From the NCBI GenBank assembly GCA_964016885.1, contig OZ024740.1, positions 413,044,001-413,108,000 of the forward strand: 64,000 bases of DNA, read 5' to 3'. Of this stretch, positions 29,627-41,682 are shown in pieces; position 1 is the stretch's first letter, and each line of letters begins with the position of its first letter. The position numbers and the translations under genes are program-made. Source of the DNA: Eledone cirrhosa. Taxonomy: Eukaryota. The notes beneath the pieces were generated by a model. It worked only from the letters and a program-made list of their open reading frames with translations, ran no database searches and was not told the DNA's origin.

Positions 29627-31102
29627 TATATATATATATATACATTCTAGCAGTTTCGTTTTTGATATAAGAAATACTGACGTACTGTTATGCGAGTAAT
29701 TTTCTGACATAGTTGGTATAGAGATGGAAAAGAATTTAAACAAAACACAACATACGATGCTTATTGGCGTAACATATAACTATCACGAACTAAATACAAA
29801 TTGGATTTAGATAGTAGTATTTAATATGATACTAAGTTCCGTACGATCTGTCTAGCGCTTAACAGAAGAAAGCAGTAAATATGATTTAGCCTTGCCTACA
29901 ATGTATGTCATTTGAAAGTGGTCGCCATTTCTGAAAGTGAGAAAATGTCTCTATTAAAGCAGGACATCTAAGTATCACATTGTTCTTTTTAAATGTTCAA
30001 AATAGAATGTTTACAATTCACTTGTAGAACTTGTAGAAGATTCGATAGTTTACCATTAAGTTGTTAAAATGTTCTTTTTTTCTTATCCTAGATAAAATCT
30101 TATCTTAGATAAAATTGTAGATGTAGCCGTTTAATAAAGCTGCAGCTTAAAAAAAAAAAGAATAAATAACTAATTGTATCTACGTTATGTGTCAGCAATA
30201 ATTAATAAAAGAACAGCTTTCTAATAACAATATTATTTCGACAGTTAATTTAGTGGCTGAGAATACAAATAATAATTCATGCATGAAAATATATAAAGAA
30301 AGTGTAATCGCCTGTAGAACAAAAAGAAATGCTGATGATGGAATAAATCATTTCGAAAGCACATTTTCATTTATAAAACTAAATACCTATTGGAGCAAAA
30401 TCAAACATAAAGGAAATATAACCAAATAACCATAGAAATCAGAAAGCTTATGCAGTTTCTTTTCCATCGGCCTTGTGAGAAGTACACACAAATAAATGCA
30501 ATATAGAAAGTACTTAAAAAACCGTAATATAAAATATGTAAATGCCAAGATTGAAATGGAAATTAACTGTCATACCACATTAAATGTTACATGTATACAG
30601 TAGTGAATTACTGAAAATACGGGGAAATAAAAAGAAAGCTAAAGTTACACTTCTAGATGATTGTTCATTTATTGCTCTTGTTATTTTGTAAGTAAACAAA
30701 TAGAACGCTATGAAATAACTATCAACATTGAATATAAAATCACAAAATAAGATATAATTTCGAATTGTTTGAAAACATAACGATGACTTTTTTCATTCGA
30801 ATTATTAGGTGTTCTTATATAACCACTCTGTTTAACAATATAAATATAACTAAGGAGAATCGAAAAATAGAATCGGTTTAAAGTTTTGTTTGCTGTGTTA
30901 TTTTTATCTGGCACTTAGTTTGTCACATCTATACGAGAAGGATAGACAGGTTTTTAACTAATCATACGTACGAAGAAAGGCACTTACACAGTCTATTTCA
31001 AAACAGAAAATTGGATGTATGATACTTTGAATCACGCTACAGAAACTCATGCTGATATATCTGTATACCTATCTATCTCGCCTATGTATCTATCTATCTA
31101 TT

Positions 31103-33826
31103 TTAGCGTCGAGAACGGCTTTGAGCCAGTTTTTTGACGCGAAGCACGAAGGCTGCGTTGTCCGAAGTAAAATACGTGCTCTAGGGAACGAGGGGACCAA
31201 AGCTGTTAGCTGGGCCCGCGTGACAGAGGCTAACAGTGGAACTAAATCCACCATCCGGTCTTTGCGAGACCTGGATGGACGGGCGATTCTTGAGCCTAAG
31301 CAGATGTGTGAGGCCTTTCAAAGGCACTTTGCCCGACTGTTCGGGAGGGGCGGGGAGCCGGTTGGGAACGTGGACTTCGGTCCATACCTCGACGGCCTGC
31401 CGCGCCTCTCGGACAGGGAGGCGAAGTCCTGCGAGGAGCCGATTTCGGCCGCTGAGATAGAGGACGTGCTGAGCCAATGCGGCAAACGCAAATCCCCGGG
31501 TCTCGATGGTCTTCCTTACGAATTATATCTAGCTATGCCGGACTTGTTCCCCGATCTCCTTGAGGCGGTCTACTGCAACTGGCAACAGAACGGGAGAATT
31601 CCCTGTACTGTGACCAAGGGCGTAGTCACGCTAGTGAGGAAGGACGAGAACAAGGGGGACGAAATAAGTAACTTCAGGCCCATAACTCTGCTAAATACAG
31701 AGTTACAGATTTTGGCCAAGGTGCTAGCAAAGAGGTTGGCGCTTGTCGTGGGCAACCTGGTGGGAGATGCGCAGACATGCGCTATCCTGTCCAGGTCCAT
31801 CCATGACAACCTCCACCTCATGCGATACATCATAGAGAGGGTTGGGAACGAACCCGGCTTTGGTGGGGCTCTGATCAACTTGGATCAATCTAAGGCGTTC
31901 GATAGGGTCGACCATGGTTACCTGGATGCGGTGCTAGCGGCGGCAGGCTTCGGACCCGTTTTCAGGGGCTGGATCACTGCTATGCACAGCAGCCGCATCT
32001 GCTCTAGGGTCAAGGTGAACGGCTACCTCTCGGAGCCGTTCAAAATCGCGCGGTCCATCCGACAAGGGTGCCCTCTCTCCTCCCTTCTGTATGTGTTGAC
32101 TCTCGAGCCACTACTGCGGAAGTTGGAGTTGTTGCAGGGCATCCCTTTGGAACCGGGATTGCGGAAAGCGGTGTCGGCCTACGCCGATGACGTGACAGTA
32201 ATGGTGTCGACGGCCTCCGAAATCGAGGCGGTAGGCACCTTACTGGAGGAGTACGAAAAGTTCACAGGGGCTAAGCTGAACCGGGACAAGTCGATCGGTT
32301 TGCAACTCGGCACGTGGAGGGGCAGACCGATGCCCTCCGATGGCGTCGTCGGACGCTGGACGGAGGGCCCGGTGAAGTTGCTCGGGGTCTGGTTCGGACC
32401 GGACCTCCAGGTGGAGAAAAACTGGGCGGAGGTTACGAACAGGGTGTTTGCACTGACCCAGAAGTGGGCCAGTTGCAAACTATCCCTGAAAGGTCGGGCG
32501 GAGGTGGCGAACACCTACATAGCGTCCGTCATCTACTACCGCCTGACCGTAGTGCCCTGCCCAAGGGAAACCCTCACCAAGATGGAGCGCGCGCTCTTCC
32601 AATTCCTTTGGAAGAGGCGGGCTCCTATGGTGAGGAGATCCATCTGCTGTCAACACCCTTCGAAAGGAGGGCTGGGGATGCCGTGGCTAATGATGCGTAA
32701 ACACGCATTAAGGCTACGGCACCTCTACGTATTCCTCACCGGACAACCGGTGTGGGCCTCGTTTGTGAGACGAACCTTTCCCAGACTCGTCTCACTCACC
32801 GAGCTGCAATCCTGGGTCAAGCGAAGACCGAGAAAACTGGGCGCCTGGCACACTGAGTGTGCCCAGGCGCTCACCGCCCTCTGGCAGGCGGATCCGGTTA
32901 TCAGTGGAGACTCCACCGCAACATTCTATAGAGGGCTGGTACGCAGCAGGTGCGACGACGCCCTCGGAGAAGCCCTAGACATGGAGGAGGACGAACTGGC
33001 CAGCCTGTTCGGTAGGACATTCAGCCCGGGACCTATGGACAACTTCCAGAAGTCCCTGGCCTGGCAGTGCTACCGAGGGGCTTTACCCGTTCGAGAAAGG
33101 CTCTACAGACACGGGCGCCCGGGTAGGGACCCCGCCAAAAAGATCTGTCCCAGATGCGTGTGCGACGAGGAAACCGTTTCACACGCATTGGTACACTGCT
33201 CGGGCGTAGCCGATCTGTGGGGCTATGTCGAACAACTGCTGTCAAGGGTGGGACCGATCCGGTTGACCACCGAGTCTATTGTAATGATCAAGCCGCCTCC
33301 CCCCTTCAAAGATGAAGCAGAGGCGGTGTTTCTGTGCGTAATAGCCATGGCGAAAGAGGTTGTATGGTGGGCGCGTCTGAAAGGACTGAGGTCAGGCACC
33401 TTTCTCTCTGGCCAACAGCTGGTCCGTTTCTTCCGTTATCATTTCGGAAGAAGGATCAGGATGGAGAGAGAGGTGCTGCACCCTAGCCGTTTCTATGAAA
33501 GATGGGTGAAAGTGGCGAGAATGGCCCGTGTGAATGGGCCTTCACTCTACATCAGACTATAGGTGAGGAAGATGAAAGACCAAGGGAGCACCCCTTCTCT
33601 GTGCTCCTGAGGAGAAGGGTTGCACACTTTTTGGGGGGGTGTGTGCGACCACCCAAGGCGCCTCCTCTCTATTGAGGATTTTGTTATAAATTTTATTTTT
33701 TGTTATATCTTATTTTATTTTTATATTTTGTTATTGCCTCCTCCTTATTGAGGACGCCTTTTTGTGTAAACTCCCCCCTTTGTACTTGTCCCACTTTTGA
33801 TGCCCTAGTGGCAAATAAAAGAAACA
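31103..33826 (+). mobile_element. Tx1-like LINE copy 1: 5'-truncated, nearly identical to copy 4
   Basis: Open RT plus C-terminal zinc finger to 33562, starting abruptly after a TATC tract. The ATG at 31049 lies in flanking DNA. Ends AATAAAAGAAAC + (TATC)n. Confidence 0.95.

Positions 33827-33886
<60 letters not shown>
33827..33886. repeat. (TATC)15 tract between LINE copies
   Basis: Visible directly. Confidence 0.95.
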
Positions 33887-34157
33887 GAGTGATTGGGCCT
33901 TCTCTGTTTATAAGCCTGTAGGTTGAGGAAGAGAGCAAAAGGAAGAAAGGAGCACTTGCACAACACGCTCCTTGGGTTGAGGGTTGTTCTATCGACGGGG
34001 TATTAAACAACCCATTTGTGGCGCCTCCCCCCTATTGGGGATTTCGATTGTTGAAATTGTTTGTTTTTATATTTTTTACACGACTGTATGTAAAATCCCC
34101 GGCATGTCTTTGTATTGTCCCCTTTCTTGTTGCGCCCTTGTGGCTAATAAAGAAATT
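33887..34157 (+). mobile_element. Tx1-like LINE copy 2: 3'-terminal ~270 bp of another subfamily
   Basis: ORF2 end (GPSLFISL*), 3' UTR hairpins, AATAAAGAAAT + TATC. Confidence 0.9.
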
Positions 34158-34185
34158 TATCTATCTATCTATATCTCTCTCTATC

Positions 34186-37100
34186 AGACGTGTGTAACTT
34201 CGCGGAGAAGTTTCCGTTAATTTATGTAGAAAAAAACGTGAGTTTTCAGTTAAATTTTATATTATTGTGTAACTCCCCCCCCCCCCCCCCCGTCTGGACC
34301 TTCAGGTGGTGGGTCAACTCATTTTCGACCCTACAGGGGCGAAATATCCGTTTGAAAAACTTTTTCTCCATCGAATCATGGACAAAAATATTGTAAAAGT
34401 TTGATTACGTTATGAACGCTGCGTCCACGATAATGGCGGTGGAGAGGCGGTAAGACTACAAAGATCGCAGTCAACATCGTCTTCTTCACTAGATACTATA
34501 GAGATGGAAAGACGAAATGAAAATGCAAAAACAAATTCATATCCAAACAACGCAAATGACACCAAACAATTCAATGACAACAAAAATAACAGCAACACCA
34601 ATAATGATGATAAAAACAACAATGATAACAACAACACAGAAAAAAATAAAGACAACACCAATAACACCAGCATCAAAGACAACAACAACACCAAGGAAAA
34701 TACGAATAATATCAACATCGGTGACAACAAGAATAACAACAAGAATAACAACAATAATGACAACACCACCAACACGGATAATTCCACAAAGAAACCAAAA
34801 TCTCCTTTGCAGAGACAGTTCAAAAAAAGGAGGAACTGATATATCTCGACATAACAAATGCTGAACAACTTTTAAAGGACGCTAAGAGATATGTCACTTT
34901 CGAAAAAAATGGTGCTTTCAGCATCAATTCTCCGGTAGAAATTCGCAAGGAAACTGCTCTCAAAACGATAGTTTTTAGGACAGTTTCCAATTCTACCCGA
35001 AAACCAGTCCAATTGTCACAGAAAGAAATTGAACTGGTTTTCAAAGATTCAATGAATGATATTGCATTCATTCAAAGAAGCAAACTTTTTGGGAGTATTT
35101 CGGTACTCACCAAGGATCAATTGACGGCCCAAAATTACTCTGTGTCGCCAATTGTATCCAACCTGTACACATTTTTCCCTACATCAATGGGAAAAAGGAC
35201 ACAACAGATCAAAATCACGAGTGTCACACCAAAGGTGAATATATGGTGGATACTGTGCGGCTTCATCAATTTTGATGAAGACAGAATACTGTCAGTAGGA
35301 AAGTCCCCCAGAGATGTATTCAATGGGACTAGCATTGAAGTTCTGGTGCAAATGAGCCCAGAGCGAATAGCTATGATCCCACAACGTGAACTCCTGGACG
35401 GACTCACCTACATAAACTTTTCGGTTGAGGGTAGGCGGCCTTCATGTTACGATTGCTTTAGAAGGGGTCACCTGAGGGCTTCCTGTCCTAAATTAATGAA
35501 TCAAAAAAAGGCTCTTCTGCCGACACCCATCAAAACAACACAACCACCAACACCACCACCACAACAACAACACCAACACACAAAAATAACCACAACAAAC
35601 ACAGTCCCAACCAACCTCACTCCACCTAAAACCACTGCAAAATCACATACAGACACAACAGCTCCCCAAGAAATACCCCTCCCCAATCACACAGACGATA
35701 CAACAGATGAGGCTATCTCGCCATCACCCAGTGAAGACGAGGGAGAACCCCATCGCTCGAAAAGAAGGAAAAGACATCACAAAAGGAAAAAACCAGCAAA
35801 CACTACCACAAACATACAACCACCAACACAAACAACAAAAACATCACAAAAAAAAACCCCACCTCCTGAAAACAAAATACCTCCAGCAAAACGAAAGCAC
35901 ACACAAGAACTACAGACAAAAACAAACACAACACAAGAAAATTACACTTACACTTACTTAAACACTGAAAACAAAACACTAATGGAGACCATCACGAACG
36001 ACCCTTCGGTGAAAACCGAAGGAAAAACTTTCGCCCACTCTATTAAAAATAGCAAAAAACTGAACCTAAAACTGATTAGGGTCCCTATACAAACTTATAG
36101 GTCCCTAAAAGAAATATTTGAGAAGGATGTGGGAATTCCTGCGTGAAACCACTCAACCGCGTCCTTCTCAAATGTCTCGCCACCCCAGACACCCCCATCC
36201 CACCAGACCCCACCCCACCAAACATCTCCGTCCCCACCCCGCCGGAAACCACCACCCATCCAGACAACCCCTCCAACACCCCCATGGAAATCGTGCGGCC
36301 TGGTCCCCAGGAGACGAAGGGTGAGTGATCTCTTTTCCTCTTTTAACTTTTCAGCACCAGCATGGCCAATATAAGAGTTGGATGTGTGAACGTACGCGGC
36401 CTGGGGATGCCCTGTAAACAGGGCAAACTCTTAAATGGCCTCAGGTCGCACAGTATGGATGTGGTAGCCATTTGCGAGTCCAGGATCCACATCTCTCTTT
36501 GCTTTTAGTGGGGGACTGGAATGGAATCCTAGATGCACGTTGGGACTATGTGGGAGCATGTCCCGATAAAGGGGGGTGTAACAGCCTCAAACAGCTAATC
36601 GACCGATTTGACCTGGCCGTTAGGTATCGACTAGATTTTCCGACTGCGCCACTGTGGACGTGGAGTAATCGTAGTGGAACATCTAGATCGTACCTAGATA
36701 GGGTGCTAGTTAGAAATAAGGATAGGGACATGTTAAGCTACTGGAAACTGAACTTGTCGTTACCGACAAGCAAAGCCTACAGTAGACGGATTAGCACTTT
36801 AGTTAAACAGCACTTGAAAGGGCCATTGTCAACAACAGATAGTGGTACTCTCTCAAGAGGGCAGTTAGATTAGACTCGATAGTTTTTAGTAAAGAATTAG
36901 CGTTAGATAGAAATAGAACCGAGAAGGAACTGGTAGATAAAGTAGAAGAGGCAATTAGAAGTGGCAACGTAGCCAGCGTGCTAGCAACGAGAACGGCCTT
37001 GGACCAGTTCTTCGACGCAAAGCACGAGGGCTGCGTTGTCAGAAGCAAAATACGTACTCTGGGAAACGAGGGAGCCAAAGCTGTTAGCTGGGCCCGAGTG

Positions 37101-39629
37101 ACGGAGGCAAAAAGTGGCAACAAGTCCACGATTCGTTCTTTGAAGGAACAAAACGGACGCGTGTACGTGAGCCGAAGCAGATGTGTGCGGCTTTTCAGCG
37201 GCACTTTGCTCAACTGTTAGAGAGGGGCGGCGCGCCGGGAGAGGCTATGGATTTCGGTCCATACCTCGACGGCATACCGCGACTCTCGGACAGCGAGGCA
37301 AAGTTCTGCGAAAAGCTGATTTCAGCCGCTGAGATAGGGGACGCGCTGAGCCAATGCGGCAAACGCAAATCTCCAGGTCTCGACGGTATACCCTACGAAT
37401 TTTACGTAGCAATGCCGGACTTATTCTCCGGTCTCCTGGAAGCGGTCTACTACAACTGGCAACAGAATGGGAGAATTCCCAGTTCTGTAACCGGGGGCGT
37501 GGTCACACTAATCAGGAAGGACGAGAATAAGGGGGATGACATAGGCAACTTCCGGCCCATAACTCTGCTAAACACAGAGTTACAGATTTTGGCCAAGGTG
37601 TTGGCAAAGAGGCTGGCGCTTGTCGTCGAGAACCTGGTGAGAGAAGCGCAGACATGCGCAATCTCGACCAGGTCCATACACGACAACCTCCACCTCATGC
37701 GATACATCATAGAGAGGGTAGGGTGTAAACCCGGCTTCGGTGGGGCCCTGATCAACTTGGATCAGTTTAAGGCTTTCGATAGGGTTGACCATCGTTACCT
37801 GGATGCGGTGCTCGAGGCGGCAGGCTTCGGACCCGTGTTCAGGGACTGGATTGCTGCAATTCACAACAGCAACATCTGCTCAAGGGTCAAGGTGAACGGC
37901 TACCTCTCGGAGCCGTTCCATATTACGCGATCCATTCGACAGGGATGCCCTCTCTCCTCCCTTCTGTACGTACTGACTCTTTAGCCACTACTGCGGAAGC
38001 TGGAGCTATTGCAGGGCATCCCTCTGGAACCGGGACTGCAGAAAGCGACGTCGGCCTACGCCGACGACGTGACAGTAATGGTGTCGAGCGCCTCGCAAAT
38101 CGAGGAAGTCGGCACCTTACTGAAGGATTACGAAAGTTTCACATAGCGAAGCTGAACCGGGACAAGTCCATCGGTTTGCAACTTGGATCTTGGAGAGGCA
38201 AACCGAAGCCTTCGATGGCGTCGTCGGACGCTGGACGGAAGGACCGGTAAAGCTGCTCGGGGTCTGGTTTGGTCCGGACCTCCAGGTGGAGAATAACTGT
38301 AACAAAGTGACGGCCAAGGTGTTTGCACTCAACCAGAAGTGGGCCGAGTTCAAACTTTCCTTGAAACGTCGAGCGGAGGTGGCGAACACTTTTATAGCGT
38401 CCGCCATCTACTACCGCTTGACCGTTGTGCCTTGTCCAGCCAAAACGCTTGCCAAAATGGAGCGCGCGCTCTTCCGATTCCTTTGGAAGAGGCGGGCTCC
38501 TTTGGTGAGAAGATCCATCTGCTGTCCAACACCCTTCTAACGGAGGGCTGGGGATGCCGTGGTTGACGATGCTTAAACACCCGCTCAGGCTGCGGCATCT
38601 CTACGTATTCCTCACCGTAAAACCGGTGTGGGCTCCGTTCGTGATGCGAGCCTTCCCACGACTCGTCTCGCTGACCGAGCTGCAGTCCTGGGTCAAGCAA
38701 AGACCGAGGAAAATGGGCGACTGGCACATTGAATGTGCTCAGGCGCTCACAGCCCTCTGCCAGGGGGACCCGGCGATCAGTGGAGACTCCACTCCGTCAT
38801 TCTATAGAGGGTTGATCCGCAGCAAGTGCAACGACGGGCTCGGTGAAATTCTAGGCGTAGAGGAAGATAAACTGGCCAGTCTGTTCGTTAGGATCTTTCG
38901 CCCGGGACCGATGGACAACTTCCAAAAGTCCCTGGCCTGGCAGTGCTACCGAGGAGCTCTACCAGTTCGAGACAAGCTCTACAGACATGGGCGCCCGGGC
39001 AGGGACCCTGCAAAAAAGATCTGTCCGAGGTGCGTGCGAGACGAAGAAACCGTCGCGCACGCATTCATACACTGCACGCATTCATACACTTGACCACCGA
39101 GTCCATTGTCATGATCAAACCGCCACCCTCCTTCAAAAACGAAGGAGAGTCGGTTTTCCTTTGTGTGATAGATATGGCCAAAGAGGTTGTATGGTGGACA
39201 AGGTTGAAAGCGCTGAGGTCAGACACCTTTCTCTCCGGCCAACAACTGATTCTTTTTTTCAAATACCACTTTGGAAGAACAATCAGGATGGAGAGAGAGG
39301 TGCTGTACCCCAGCAAGTTTTATGAAAGGTGGGTGAAAGTGGCGAGAATGGCCCGAGTGAATGGGCCTTCTCTCTATATCAGCCTGTAGGTTGAGGAAAA
39401 GGAGGAGGAGAGGAAAGGAGTACAAACTCTTCGTACTCCTGGGGATGAGGGTTGCACATTTTTTCGGGGGTATGTGTTTCCCATATAAACTGTCTCCCCC
39501 TATTGGGGAAAATCGACTAACTTTTTAAATTACATTTGTGATAACATTTTACACGTTTTTTATTGTATGTAAACTTCCCCCTTTGTATTTGTCCCCTTCT
39601 GTTGTGCCTCTGTGGCTAATAAAGAAACA
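34186..39629 (+). mobile_element. Tx1-like LINE copy 3: full-length but disrupted sister subfamily
   Basis: ORF1 ~34433-36328 (poly-Asn, CYDCFRRGHLRASC knuckle, frameshifts). ORF2 36362-39389 has deletions in the APE domain, stops and frameshifts. Confidence 0.93.
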
Positions 39630-39870
39630 TATCTATCTATATATCTATCTATATACCTCTGGGATGGACACACGCGTATAACTTGCTGAGTAAGTTCTGT
39701 TTAAATTTCTATAGAAATTCTTGTCTGATAACTTTAATTTTTGTACCATTTTGTAGAGGGACTGCCAGGTCAAACTTTGATCTGGTCAGTCTCTCAAAAT
39801 ATTCTACGCCTTTAGGCGAAATAGTTAAAAAAAAAAGTTTTTTCTTGTTGAAAAGTCAATATTTTTTTAA

Positions 39871-41658
39871 ATGGCCGAAGCTTCTTCACCAAAATTCGAA
39901 GGAGGAAAGGGGAAGATGAACTTACAGCTTCCCCCTGCCACTGTCACAGTAGCAGAGGTCAAGAAGATAGGTCAGCCAGAGGAAGAATTCTCTCCACCTG
40001 TTAACCGACAACTTGACGTTGCCATGGCAACAACCCAAAGAACCAGCAGCAACAGCAACAACAACAACAATGCGACGGACGAAAACAACACCAATAACAA
40101 TAACAATAACAACAACAAGACCAATAACGGTGACAACAACAACAATGATAACAACAACACCACCAACGACAACAACAACACAAACAAACAAAATTTCTCC
40201 TTCGCCGAGACGACAAGGAAAACCCTCGACTATCTGCCAGTAGATATAACAAAAGCGAAGGAGCTACTGGCGGATGCGAAAAAATATATAGTGTACGGGG
40301 AAAATGGTTCATTCACAATCCATTCCCCCCCGGAACTAAAAAGCCAGAGACTCCTAAACACGGTCATGTTTAGGACAATCTCGAACAAAAGTAAAAAACC
40401 AGCTCAACCATCACAGAGCGAGATAGAGCTGGTTTTAAAAGACGTCATGAAGGACATCACCTTCATTCAGAAGGATAGACTCTACGGGAGTCTATCCATT
40501 CTCATGAAGGACAGGGACACAGCAGTGAAACTGTCCATCAAACCAATCACATCCACCGCATACACCTTCTACCCTACGTACATGGGTAGAAGAACACAAA
40601 AAATAAAAATCCACACCATCCTGCCGATTATGGACATATGGTGGGTTTTGACAGGTTTTCTGGACCTGGAGGATGACATGCTGGTGTCCATGGGAAAGGC
40701 ATCGGGTGACGCGTTCAGTGGAACGAGCCTCGAACTTGTAGTTCAAATGAGGCCCGAAAGGATCGCCCAGATCCCTGAACGCGTCATACTGGATGATCTA
40801 ACCTTCATCAACATTACCGTTGAGGGTAGACGGCCCTCGTGTTACCTCTGCGGAACCAGAGGTCACCTGAGGGCTGTCTGTCCCCAACTTAATAAGAAAA
40901 CCCCAATCCTGCCTACACCACCAACAACTGCACAACCAACACAATCACCACAACTTCCACTACAAAAACAACCACCACAGCTCAAACCAAAACAAAACAA
41001 TGTCCAACCCATCCCCTCCACTCAAAAAACAAAAACAATTTCCAAAACACCCGTACCGCAAACACAACCCGAAAATATACCCCTCCCCTCCAACGCGGAA
41101 GATGACCCTAGTTCGTCGTCAGACGAGGAGGAGCACTTCCACACAATCAAAAGAAAAAAAAGAAAACACACCTCAGACACACAAATGAAAAAAAACCCTC
41201 CCCAAAACATAACACTGACACCAACACAAAAGAGCTCACAACAGCAAACAAAAAACACCACACAAAAACAAAAACATGCATACACATACATAAATACAAG
41301 AAACAAAAAACTGTTAAACATTGTGTACAACAACAATCTAATAAAAACACAAGGGCCTAACTTCACCCAGGCAGGGGATTTCCCCCACCTCAAAATGATT
41401 AAGGCCCCACAGGACACCTATAAAACTTTAAAAAACAATTTTAAAGAGGACGTGGGTCCCCCCTGCGTCGGGCCCATTAACCGCGTCCTCCTAAAAAACT
41501 ATCCCACCCCCTCCCCAAACACCCTCACAACTCCAAGCTCCCCAACCACACAACACACTGATGCCCCCACACTTCCACAAACCACCACCCCACCCAACAA
41601 CCCATCCCCCACCCTAATGGAAATTGTGCAGCCCGATACCCGGAACGCAGAGAGGTAA
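39871..41658 (+). CDS. LINE ORF1 (gag-like nucleic-acid-binding protein, single CCHC zinc knuckle)
   Basis: 595 aa; poly-Asn N-terminus; CYLCGTRGHLRAVC (CX2CX4HX4C); Pro/Thr/Gln-rich tail; homologous to 35013-36146. Confidence 0.9.
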   Translation: MAEASSPKFEGGKGKMNLQLPPATVTVAEVKKIGQPEEEFSPPVNRQLDVAMATTQRTSSNSNNNNNATDENNTNNNNNNNNKTNNGDNNNNDNNNTTNDNNNTNKQNFSFAETTRKTLDYLPVDITKAKELLADAKKYIVYGENGSFTIHSPPELKSQRLLNTVMFRTISNKSKKPAQPSQSEIELVLKDVMKDITFIQKDRLYGSLSILMKDRDTAVKLSIKPITSTAYTFYPTYMGRRTQKIKIHTILPIMDIWWVLTGFLDLEDDMLVSMGKASGDAFSGTSLELVVQMRPERIAQIPERVILDDLTFINITVEGRRPSCYLCGTRGHLRAVCPQLNKKTPILPTPPTTAQPTQSPQLPLQKQPPQLKPKQNNVQPIPSTQKTKTISKTPVPQTQPENIPLPSNAEDDPSSSSDEEEHFHTIKRKKRKHTSDTQMKKNPPQNITLTPTQKSSQQQTKNTTQKQKHAYTYINTRNKKLLNIVYNNNLIKTQGPNFTQAGDFPHLKMIKAPQDTYKTLKNNFKEDVGPPCVGPINRVLLKNYPTPSPNTLTTPSSPTTQHTDAPTLPQTTTPPNNPSPTLMEIVQPDTRNAER

Positions 41659-41682
41659 GTGCCTTTTCTCTTCACCACCAAC

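Noticed and set aside
31049-31102. ATG and N-terminus of the 837-aa ORF
   Set aside because: Lies in the TATC-rich flank upstream of the LINE 5' truncation point; a chance in-frame extension.
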